Position numbers and translations under genes: made by a program
The notes under the pieces: model-generated
The model's database searches: none
Seen by the model: only the letters and a program-made list of their open reading frames with translations
Told to the model about the DNA's origin: nothing
Shown: positions 15,982-23,818 of the stretch, one piece after another
Layout: every line of letters begins with the position of its first letter
How positions within the stretch are numbered: position 1 is the first letter of the stretch
Assembly (NCBI GenBank): GCA_963779925.1
Contig: CAVZZS010000011.1
Coordinates: 34,974-98,973 of the forward strand
Source of the DNA: an uncultured Nanoarchaeota archaeon
GTDB lineage: Archaea; Nanobdellota; Nanobdellia; Pacearchaeales; GW2011-AR1
Direction of reading: 5' to 3'
Length of the DNA stretch: 64,000 bases

Positions 15982-16656
15982 TTACTTTGCCTTTGCCGGC
16001 TTTGCTGGTGCTGCCGGAGTAGGTGCTGCCGTAGTTGTAGGAGTTGCTGCAGTCGTTGCAGCTGCTGCTTCTGCTGCTGCCTTTGCAGCCTCTTCCTGTT
16101 TCTGTAACTTCTCTTGTGCGGCTTTCAACTCTGCAAAGAATTTCTCTAGCTGTATTTTCTTTGCTTCTGGAGTTTCTGTTTTCTCATGTAAAATTTCAGT
16201 ATCATATTTTCCTGCATCAATTTCTTTTTCAACTTCTGCCGGCGATTTACTCTCAACGAGAACACCTAAGCTGACACAGGTGCCTACAATTTCTTTAACT
16301 GCCGATTTCAAACTTTTAGAAAGTAGATTTGGATGTTTTGCCTTTGCGATTGAGATTATCTGCTCAATTGACAGGTTGCCGACTTTTGTCTTTGATGAAA
16401 GGCCTGAGCCTTTGTCTATTTTAAGCTCTTTCTTCAGCAATCCTGAAGCGGGAGGTGAAGAAACCTTGACTTCAATATTTTTTGTAGAAACATCAATATC
16501 CAATTCAACAGGGACTTTCATTCCTTCGAATTTTCTTGTAGCATCATTAACTTTCTGAATTACCTGATTTACGTTTATTCCTGTTGGGCCAAGCTTCTGG
16601 CTAAGTGCCGGTCCCGGCTTCATTACGCCTGCATCAACCAAAAGTTTAATTTGCAT
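15982..16656 (-). CDS. rpl11: 50S ribosomal protein L11 (uL11) with ~60-aa Ala/Pro/Thr/Lys-rich C-terminal extension
   Basis: MKPGPALSQKLGPTGINV...KFEGMKVPVELDIDV...LSIEQIISIAKAK is canonical L11. The tail beyond GKYDTEI is coiled-coil plus AAAATTAATPTTTAAPTPAAPAKPAKAK. Confidence 0.85.
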   Translation of the reverse strand: MQIKLLVDAGVMKPGPALSQKLGPTGINVNQVIQKVNDATRKFEGMKVPVELDIDVSTKNIEVKVSSPPASGLLKKELKIDKGSGLSSKTKVGNLSIEQIISIAKAKHPNLLSKSLKSAVKEIVGTCVSLGVLVESKSPAEVEKEIDAGKYDTEILHEKTETPEAKKIQLEKFFAELKAAQEKLQKQEEAAKAAAEAAAATTAATPTTTAAPTPAAPAKPAKAK

Positions 16657-16657
16657 T

Positions 16658-17119
16658 TTAATTATTATCCTCGTCTTCAGTGTCTTCTCTTCTCACTGCT
16701 CTGACATTGTCAATTTTAATTGTTACCGGAAGCTGGACAAGAGCTCCAAGCAAACTGACTACAACATCTCCCTTTTGTTCATCGACTCTTAAAACTTTCG
16801 CTTTTTCTTTCTTGAAAGGTTCTGAAATAATTTCAACTATATCCCCTTCCTTAATTGAAACCGGCGCTGTAGATGTTTCAATCATATTCTTTATTTCATC
16901 ATAAACTAAGGTCTTTCCAATTATTCCCTTAACATAAGGCAAATTGAAAACAGCTTCTTCAGCGCTTTCTCTATCTTCTGCTTCAAGTAGAATATATCCC
17001 CTTAATCCATGAGGCTTTATTACAGAAAATACGTTGAGATTCTTTTTTTCAATCCTATCTGTAATTAAATCTACCGCACTTTCTTCTTTATTCGTTGTTA
17101 CTTTTATTACAAATATCAT
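16658..17119 (-). CDS. spt5: transcription elongation factor Spt5 (archaeal NusG)
   Basis: An NGN domain followed by a KOW motif (GDIVEIISEPFKKEKAKVLRVD). It sits in the conserved SecE-Spt5-L11 context. Confidence 0.85.
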   Translation of the reverse strand: MIFVIKVTTNKEESAVDLITDRIEKKNLNVFSVIKPHGLRGYILLEAEDRESAEEAVFNLPYVKGIIGKTLVYDEIKNMIETSTAPVSIKEGDIVEIISEPFKKEKAKVLRVDEQKGDVVVSLLGALVQLPVTIKIDNVRAVRREDTEDEDNN

Positions 17120-17194
17120 TTTCTAGCTCCGTCTAAGACATAATATCTTAGAAAGATATAGTTAGGTAAAAATGGTGGTTTATAAATTTTGGGA

Positions 17195-17377
17195 TTATAT
17201 TGCGGTTACGATAAGAGAAATGATAAAACCAGCCAACCCTAAGATTATAATACTGATTGCAGAAATTTTTGTTGTAATCTTAATCTCTTCACGTGTTGGT
17301 TTTTTTAATACCTGCCAAACACGTGCGCATTTTATATAAAATGATTTTGCATTCATAGGTAAGTCTTTGATTGCCAT
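17195..17377 (-). CDS. secE: preprotein translocase SecE (Sec61 gamma)
   Basis: A 60-aa protein with a single C-terminal TM helix, immediately upstream of spt5. Confidence 0.7.
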   Translation of the reverse strand: MAIKDLPMNAKSFYIKCARVWQVLKKPTREEIKITTKISAISIIILGLAGFIISLIVTAI

Positions 17378-17408
17378 AGAAATATGAATTATAAGGGGTA
17401 TTTAAAAT

Positions 17409-18506
17409 TTATTCCAGAAATTCGATTCCCAGTTCTTCTTCTATTTCTTTATGTCTTGCAAGTTCATCTGCTCCTTCATGGCCGACTATTTGTGAACTTT
17501 TTACACCGGTAACAATTAATAAGACTCTTATTGATTTGTCCATATCATCTGAAATTTGCGCCCCCCAGATTAATTTTGCATCCGGATTAAGCTTCGCACC
17601 AACTGTCGCAATAATATCCTTGCATTCATCAAGGCTCATGTTTGGTCCGCCAATAATGTTTACAAGAGCGCCAGTTGCATCTGAAATATCAACATCAAGC
17701 AAAGGATTGTTAATCGCTTTTTCAACAGCTTCAAAGGCTCTTTTTCCGGTAACATCAGACTCGCCCATCCCGATAAGTGAAACTCCACCATCAACCATCA
17801 CTGCTTTTATATCTGCAAAATCAAGATTTACAAGCCCCGTTGTTGTAACTAACTCGGTAACACCTTTAACTGCATTAGTAAGGATTTCATCGGCGATTTT
17901 GAAAGCAGTATGCAATGGCAAATCCGGAGCTAATTCCAGCAATTTATCATTTGGTATTATAATCAAAGTATCTACAACAGACTGCATTTTTTCTAGGCCA
18001 TTCATCGCATTTTCAATTCTTTTTTTTCCTTCAATTGTAAATGGCAATGTAACAACACCAATTGTCAATGCTCCCTGTTTTTTTGCAAGGGCGGCAATTA
18101 CCGGAGTGGCCCCTGTTCCTGTCCCCCCGCCTAAGCCGCATGTAATAAATACCATATCGCTTCCTGCAATTTTCTTTTTTATTTCAGATTCTGATTCTTT
18201 GGCAGATTCTTCACCAACTCTAGGATTGCTTCCAGCGCCAAGACCTTGTGTTAATTCCCTTCCAATAAGAATTTTTTGATCTGCATCTGTATACAATAAA
18301 TCCTGAGCATCAGTGTTAACTGCAATTAATTCTCCGCCTTTTATGCCAATTTCCTTCATTCTGTTAAGAGAATTATTTCCTCCGCCACCGACCCCTATAA
18401 CCTTTATCTTGGCCGTCTGTGCTTTAATCAGCAGTTCAAGTTCCTTATCAATCTCCCTTACATTAGAAGAATTTTCATAAACCTCATCCATCTTGAAAAG
18501 AACCAT
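17409..18506 (-). CDS. ftsZ: cell division GTPase FtsZ
   Basis: IGVGGGGNNSLNRM and GLGGGTGTGATPV tubulin signature motifs are present, with full-length FtsZ architecture. Confidence 0.95.
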   Translation of the reverse strand: MVLFKMDEVYENSSNVREIDKELELLIKAQTAKIKVIGVGGGGNNSLNRMKEIGIKGGELIAVNTDAQDLLYTDADQKILIGRELTQGLGAGSNPRVGEESAKESESEIKKKIAGSDMVFITCGLGGGTGTGATPVIAALAKKQGALTIGVVTLPFTIEGKKRIENAMNGLEKMQSVVDTLIIIPNDKLLELAPDLPLHTAFKIADEILTNAVKGVTELVTTTGLVNLDFADIKAVMVDGGVSLIGMGESDVTGKRAFEAVEKAINNPLLDVDISDATGALVNIIGGPNMSLDECKDIIATVGAKLNPDAKLIWGAQISDDMDKSIRVLLIVTGVKSSQIVGHEGADELARHKEIEEELGIEFLE

Positions 18507-18530
18507 CTTCTATTTATAAGAATTATTGTT

Positions 18531-19208
18531 CTAATTATGGTCTATTTTCGCTGGCTTTTCAGATTTCTTCTCAATTTCCTTAATTTCAAGCTCCAAACCA
18601 AGCATTTCCTTGAATTTATCCTTGAACAATTTGACAAATTCAACAAGAGGCTTTTCAATTTCAATTATAATCTTATTCTCTTTTATCTCAAATTTCAAAT
18701 CTTCCCTGAATAAGAATTTTATCAGCGCTTTTGCTTTCTCGTGAATATCATTAATTTTTCTCAGGACTTTGATTTTGTATATAACCTCTTTTCCTGCGAT
18801 AGGATTATTGAAGTCTACTATTACTCTTCCTCCAGAAGATGCGAGGACCCTTCCGATTCTTCCATCAAAATTGAATACAAACCCCGGAATAGGATTTATT
18901 TTTTGCTCTCTGAATATTTTTAAGGGTATTCTCTGGATAAGCTGAGCATCTCTCTTTCCAAATGCCTGCTCCGGAGAAAGTCCTATTTCATAATTTGCAG
19001 AAGTCTCTGGCTTTCCAATCAAAAAATCTTCTATGGCCTTCAAGAACATTCCTTCGCCAAGGCAAAGCGCAAATGGTTCAGTTTCCACTGGATGGCTATG
19101 CCCCGCATGAAGTTTTTCCAGATCTTCTTTTATATTTGAATCGAATACTTCTCCATCCTTTACTCGTCCAGTAAATTCTATTTCAACAAAATCTTTTTTC
19201 TGCAACAT
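18531..19208 (-). CDS. FKBP-type peptidyl-prolyl cis-trans isomerase (SlyD-like, with insert-in-flap domain)
   Basis: VEIEFTGRVKDGEVFDS and FKBP fold motifs are present, with a long flap insertion. Confidence 0.75.
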   Translation of the reverse strand: MLQKKDFVEIEFTGRVKDGEVFDSNIKEDLEKLHAGHSHPVETEPFALCLGEGMFLKAIEDFLIGKPETSANYEIGLSPEQAFGKRDAQLIQRIPLKIFREQKINPIPGFVFNFDGRIGRVLASSGGRVIVDFNNPIAGKEVIYKIKVLRKINDIHEKAKALIKFLFREDLKFEIKENKIIIEIEKPLVEFVKLFKDKFKEMLGLELEIKEIEKKSEKPAKIDHN

Positions 19209-19259
19209 TTTATTCTATTTATCGAAAACGTTTATAAATGTATTTTTTCTGGATAGTTC

Positions 19260-19646
19260 ATGGTTGCAAAAATAATAAACGCGACGGATGCGAAAGTCGG
19301 CACGAATATTATTCTTGATGGTGAACCCTTCACTGTTAAAAGCATGGACGTAAGCAAAACAGGAAAACACGGGGCCCATAAATGCCGAATTGAAGCTGTT
19401 GGAATGATTACTGAAAAGAAAAAAGTTCTTGTTGTCCCAGGAACAGAGAGATTTGAAGTTCCAATGGTTGAAAAGAGAAAGGGACAGGTTCTTTCAATTG
19501 GCGACAGAGTAAGCATCATGGATTTGGAAAATTTCGAGACATTAGAATTAGATTGCCCAGAAGAAATAAAATCACAGATTGAAATTAACTCAAATGTTGA
19601 ATACTGGGATATTGAAGGAGTAAAAATAATCAAGAGAAAAGTTTAA
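19260..19646 (+). CDS. eif5a: translation initiation factor 5A (aIF5A)
   Basis: The hypusination loop SKTGKHGAHK is present, with an SH3-like N-domain and an OB C-domain. Confidence 0.9.
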   Translation: MVAKIINATDAKVGTNIILDGEPFTVKSMDVSKTGKHGAHKCRIEAVGMITEKKKVLVVPGTERFEVPMVEKRKGQVLSIGDRVSIMDLENFETLELDCPEEIKSQIEINSNVEYWDIEGVKIIKRKV

Positions 19647-19807
19647 TGGCAAAAATAGCAGAAGCGATGAACAGGGAATTCAAGAATGTTTTTGTATGCA
19701 AAAACTGCAAGAGCAAGATAAGATCGGACCCTCAAAAAATTTTGAAGGGCGAAGTGAAATGCAGGAAATGTAAAAAAAGAGCATTCAGACCTCTTAAGAG
19801 GAAATAA
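19646..19807 (+). CDS. rpl40e: 50S ribosomal protein L40e (not in supplied ORF list, 53 aa)
   Basis: MAKIAEAMNREFKNVFVCKNCKSKIRSDPQKILKGEVKCRKCKKRAFRPLKRK is a Cx2C-x14-Cx2C zinc ribbon with a basic tail. The ATG overlaps the aIF5A stop by 1 nt. Confidence 0.65.
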   Translation: MAKIAEAMNREFKNVFVCKNCKSKIRSDPQKILKGEVKCRKCKKRAFRPLKRK

Positions 19808-19812
19808 AACTA

Positions 19813-21243
19813 ATGAGTTTTTTAGTCTATGACTTGATATTTTTAGGAATTTTTATTTTATTATTAGGAACATTTCTCTACAGAAAAAGAAAAGGAGTGA
19901 AAAGAGAAGGATTATTGCTTTTATACCGCACAAAATGGGGCATTAATCTCATTCACAAAACTGGAGAGAAATATCAGAAAACCTTGAAGGTTCTAAGCTA
20001 TATTTCTGTAACTCTTGGATATATTTTAATGGCGGGAGCCTTATATGTGGTTGGAAAGATAGTCTATATATACGTCTTTCAAGGCGCAATTGTAAGAGCG
20101 ATTAAAATTCCCCCTATAACACCATTAATCCCTTACCTTCCCCAAATCTTCAAATTAAGTTTCTTGCCTCCTTTTTACTTTACCTACTGGATAATTATTA
20201 TTGCAGTAGTTGCAATTATCCATGAATTTGCCCACGGGATATTTGCCGCAAGGAATAAAGTTAAAATAAAAAATACGGGATTCGGATTCTTTCCCTTTTT
20301 CTTTCCAGTATTCTTAGCGGCTTTTGTTGAACTTGATGAAAAAAAGATGGAGAAGAAAAAGAAATTTGATCAGCTCGCAGTTCTCTCCGCAGGAACATTT
20401 GCAAATGTTTTGACTGCAATTTTCTTTTTTGGAGTTATGGTACTTTTCTTTTCACTGGCATTTGCCCCTTCCGGGGTTGTATTCGACACCTATCCTTATA
20501 CACTTGTAAATGTTTCTTCAATCAATATGGTTAATGGAATTCCATTAAATAATGCAACCTACAATATAGTTTTGAATTTAATGAATAATACCGGATTAAA
20601 TCCGATTGAAGCAAATTCAATAAGCTATCTTGCAACAAAAGATTCTGTAGCGCAGCAAAATGCAACCCCGACAGAACTGGTAATGTATTATGATGCTCCC
20701 GCAATAAATGCTAATCTGGAAAGCACGATTTTAAATATAAATGGGAAGAAAATGACAAGTGTAGCAGAACTTTCAAATGAACTCCGTAAATATACCCCTG
20801 GAGAAACTATAATACTGACCGTTCTTGGCAATAACAATGTGCCATATAATAGGAGTATCATCCTCGGACAAAATCCAAGCAATAATAGTCTACCTTGGCT
20901 AGGCATTGGATTTTCTCAAATACAGAATCAGGGAATTATAGGAGAATTTTATACCACCTTATCCTCATTCGACCGAAATCATGTTTATTATGCATCCAGA
21001 ATCGGAGATTTAGGAATATTCATTTATGATTTATTCTGGTGGTTGGTTATAACCAGCATTAGCATTGCTATAATTAATATGCTTCCAATGGGAATTTTCG
21101 ATGGAGGCAGATTCTTCTATTTGACAGTTTGGAGCATAACCAAGAATGAAAAAATCGCTAAGAAAGCTTTCAAATTCACAACTTACTTTTTCTTATTTTT
21201 GTTACTTTTAGTTATGCTCTTCTGGATCATTTATGTTAGGTAG
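19813..21243 (+). CDS. site-2 protease (M50 family, RseP-like) with PDZ domain
   Basis: HEFAHG zinc motif in a TM helix, a central PDZ-like segment, and a C-terminal LPMGIFDGGRFF motif. Confidence 0.8.
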   Translation: MSFLVYDLIFLGIFILLLGTFLYRKRKGVKREGLLLLYRTKWGINLIHKTGEKYQKTLKVLSYISVTLGYILMAGALYVVGKIVYIYVFQGAIVRAIKIPPITPLIPYLPQIFKLSFLPPFYFTYWIIIIAVVAIIHEFAHGIFAARNKVKIKNTGFGFFPFFFPVFLAAFVELDEKKMEKKKKFDQLAVLSAGTFANVLTAIFFFGVMVLFFSLAFAPSGVVFDTYPYTLVNVSSINMVNGIPLNNATYNIVLNLMNNTGLNPIEANSISYLATKDSVAQQNATPTELVMYYDAPAINANLESTILNINGKKMTSVAELSNELRKYTPGETIILTVLGNNNVPYNRSIILGQNPSNNSLPWLGIGFSQIQNQGIIGEFYTTLSSFDRNHVYYASRIGDLGIFIYDLFWWLVITSISIAIINMLPMGIFDGGRFFYLTVWSITKNEKIAKKAFKFTTYFFLFLLLLVMLFWIIYVR

Positions 21244-21245
21244 AA

Positions 21246-21596
21246 TTACAAATCAATCACGCCTTCTTTTGTAAGAGCCGCAAATCTTATTCCTGCTGGC
21301 AAATTGATTAATGCAGAGATAAGCGCCATGTGTTCTTTTCCTTCACCGGATGCTATACTCAATGCGACTTCTGTTCCGGATATTTTGCCCTTCAATTTTT
21401 GCATGAACTCATTCCTCAGATCAGATATCTTTTTGTCTAAATCCACTTTTATGAATTCAAATTCTTTTTCTGCTGTAAACTGTTTTGCAAAATCATTTCC
21501 CAAGAGTATAATCTTATCCCATTCACCATATTTAATCAAGCCGGATACCTGCCCCCAACTGCCTTTCCCCGAAGATAATAACGCAATTAATTCCAT
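21246..21596 (-). CDS. hypothetical conserved small protein
   Basis: A 116-aa ORF with coding-like composition. No family recognised by eye. Confidence 0.3.
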   Translation of the reverse strand: MELIALLSSGKGSWGQVSGLIKYGEWDKIILLGNDFAKQFTAEKEFEFIKVDLDKKISDLRNEFMQKLKGKISGTEVALSIASGEGKEHMALISALINLPAGIRFAALTKEGVIDL

Positions 21597-21754
21597 TCGT
21601 CAAAAAAAGAGAAATGCTTTATAAGAATTATTGTAATCATAAATGTAAAAGTTAAGATTTATAAACCTAAATTCGCTGAGAATTTTACCTGAGACTACAT
21701 CATTAAGAGTCTATATTCTGGACCCTAAGTGCATTATGTAGGAGGTCAAACAAA

Positions 21755-22387
21755 ATGGCTGAATTAGAAAAAGAGCTTCAAAAAGCCCTTACAGAATTGA
21801 GAAAAGAAGAATCAAGAAAATTCAATCAGACAGTAGACTTAATTATAAACCTGCAAAAATTTGATCTAAAAAAAGAATCTATTAACATTTTCATCCAAGT
21901 GCCCCATAAGATAAAAGACAAAAAGATTTGCGCTTTTCTAACTACAAAACATAAGGACCTTGATACATTAACAGAAATAGATTTCAAGAAATATTCAGAC
22001 AAAAAAGAATTAAAGAGATTGGAAAAGAGTTATGACTTCTTTATATCACAGGCAATTTTAATGCCAAAAGTTGCAACGGTTTTCGGAAGGGTCTTAGGGC
22101 CTTCTGGAAAAATGCCTTCTCCGCAGCTTGGAATTGTCCAGAGCGCAGAGGATAAATCTATACCCGAATTAAAGGATAGGATAAATCACAGTATGAAGAT
22201 AAGGTCTAAAGAAGCAAGCATAAAACTCGGAATCGGAAAGCAGGACATGAAAGATGAACAGCTTGTTGAAAATATTATGGCTATCTATAATTCTCTATTG
22301 AAAGTCTTGCCTAGAGGAAGCGAGAATATCAGAAACATCGAATTAAAATTCACCATGACTAAACCTCAAAAAATACAATTAAAATGA
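21755..22387 (+). CDS. rpl1: 50S ribosomal protein L1 (uL1)
   Basis: FGRVLGPSGKMPSPQLGIV and the overall L1 pattern. It is the first gene of L1-L10-L12. Confidence 0.85.
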   Translation: MAELEKELQKALTELRKEESRKFNQTVDLIINLQKFDLKKESINIFIQVPHKIKDKKICAFLTTKHKDLDTLTEIDFKKYSDKKELKRLEKSYDFFISQAILMPKVATVFGRVLGPSGKMPSPQLGIVQSAEDKSIPELKDRINHSMKIRSKEASIKLGIGKQDMKDEQLVENIMAIYNSLLKVLPRGSENIRNIELKFTMTKPQKIQLK

Positions 22388-23202
22388 AACATAAAACCCA
22401 CGTATCAAAAAGAAAAATTCTTGCAGTAAAAGAACTTTCAGAATTGCTTAAAGAAAATAAGACAGTACTAGTTGCATCAATAAAAAATATTCCAGCATCA
22501 CAATTCCAGGAAATTTCGAAGAAACTCAGAGGCAAGGCAATAATAAAAGTCCCAAAGAGAAGTTTAATCGAGCGGGTCTTTGATTCTTCAAATGATGAAG
22601 ATATTAAGAAATTAAAAGGAAAAGTCGATGATAGTGTCGCAATTATATTCTCAAATCTAGAACCATTCGATTTGGCCTTGGAATTGATCCAGAATAAAAG
22701 CGCAATTAGAGCAAAGGCGGGCCAAATTTCCCCAGATAATATAGAAGTGCCTGCCGGACCAACAGATTTGGTTCCAGGACCAGCAATAAGCGAACTTGGA
22801 GCTCTCGGAATTCCAATAATGATCGATAAAGGTAAAATCAGCATCAAAGAAGCTAAAGTAATTGCAAAGCTCGGGGAGAAAATCTCAAAGAGCGCTGTTG
22901 AAATCATGAACAAACTGGATATAAAACCATTCAAAATAGGATTTGTTCCTCTTGCAGCATTTGACATAAAAGCTAAAGAGCTATATTTAGAAATCAAATT
23001 AGACAAGGAAGGCACCCTGAAAGACTTAAAGGAGGGTTTCGGAAAGGCATTGGCTTTTGCCGTTGCAATAGGATATGCCTCTAAAGACACCATTTCATTC
23101 CTAATAAGAAAGGCTGTGGCCAATGAATCGGCGATGGGAAACCTAATTAAAGAAGAAAGCTCAGCTAATACTCACGAAATTAAATCCGGAGAAACAGAAT
23201 AA
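22384..23202 (+). CDS. rpl10: 50S ribosomal protein L10 / acidic protein P0 (uL10)
   Basis: N-terminal L10 domain (KRKILAVKELSELLKENKTVLVASIKNIPASQFQEI) and an acidic C-terminus. Confidence 0.85.
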   Translation: MKHKTHVSKRKILAVKELSELLKENKTVLVASIKNIPASQFQEISKKLRGKAIIKVPKRSLIERVFDSSNDEDIKKLKGKVDDSVAIIFSNLEPFDLALELIQNKSAIRAKAGQISPDNIEVPAGPTDLVPGPAISELGALGIPIMIDKGKISIKEAKVIAKLGEKISKSAVEIMNKLDIKPFKIGFVPLAAFDIKAKELYLEIKLDKEGTLKDLKEGFGKALAFAVAIGYASKDTISFLIRKAVANESAMGNLIKEESSANTHEIKSGETE

Positions 23203-23495
23203 TGGAGTATGTATATGCAGCTCTTTTATTGCACAAGCTTGGAAAGCCAATCAACGATGAGCACATGAAGAAGGTTATTTCAGCAACAGGTATTGAAGCT
23301 GATGAATCAAAAATCAAGTCTATCGTGGCCAGTTTAAAGGGTGTCGACATCGACAATGAACTGAAAAATGCAAGCCTAATTGCAAGTGTTCCAGCAGCAG
23401 GCGGAGAACATGCAGCTGCAAAGGAAAAGAAAGAAGAGCCTAAGGAAGAGAAAAAGGAAAGCGCGGCAGAAGGTCTGTCTGCATTATTTGGTTAA
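23202..23495 (+). CDS. rpl12: 50S ribosomal stalk protein L12/P1
   Basis: MEYVYAALLLHKLGKPINDEHMKKVISATG... with a Lys/Glu-rich hinge and a C-terminal GLSALFG. Confidence 0.85.
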   Translation: MEYVYAALLLHKLGKPINDEHMKKVISATGIEADESKIKSIVASLKGVDIDNELKNASLIASVPAAGGEHAAAKEKKEEPKEEKKESAAEGLSALFG

Positions 23496-23574
23496 ATTTA
23501 TTTAAGACAGGCCTCTAACTTAGTTGTACAATCATTGCAACTAAATTTTTATAGGAAATAATTCTTATAATTTA

Positions 23575-23721
23575 ATGAGAAAATCCACGGTTTTAGCACT
23601 TCTTTCTCTAGGAGCATTTACAGCAATTTTATTTACCCCCTCAGGCACAAATTATTGGATTTATTCATTAATACTTGGTATCATTTTTGGTCTTTTTTGG
23701 TTTTTAAGAAAAAAATCTTAA
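23575..23721 (+). CDS. possible 48-aa two-helix membrane miniprotein (not in ORF list)
   Basis: ATG at 23575. MRKSTVLALLSLGAFTAILFTPSGTNYWIYSLILGIIFGLFWFLRKKS ends 2 nt before tRNA-Thr. It could be spurious in AT-rich spacer. Confidence 0.2.
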   Translation: MRKSTVLALLSLGAFTAILFTPSGTNYWIYSLILGIIFGLFWFLRKKS

Positions 23722-23723
23722 AT

Positions 23724-23796
23724 GCCTCAGTAGCTCAGTTGGTAGAGCGATTGATTCGTAATCAATAGGCCGGGGGTTCAATCCCCTCCTGAGGCT
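23724..23796 (+). tRNA. tRNA-Thr (anticodon CGU)
   Basis: GCCTCAG acceptor pairs with CTGAGGC. D-arm is GCTC-AGTTGGTA-GAGC. Anticodon stem ATTGA/TCAAT has loop TTCGTAA. T-arm is GGGGG-TTCAATC-CCCTC. Length is 73 nt. Confidence 0.8.
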
Positions 23797-23818
23797 TAAT
23801 ATTTGGAGAAAAAAGATA

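Noticed and set aside
17536-18279. 247-aa ORF on + strand antisense to ftsZ
   Set aside because: It lies entirely within the strongly supported FtsZ gene on the opposite strand. Its low-complexity Ser/Pro/Ile composition is typical of antisense shadow ORFs.
21597-21754. Possible L1 autoregulatory mRNA structure in the leader of the L1-L10-L12 operon
   Set aside because: A short palindrome (AGACT...AGTCT) is present. I could not recognise the 23S-like L1 binding motif with confidence.
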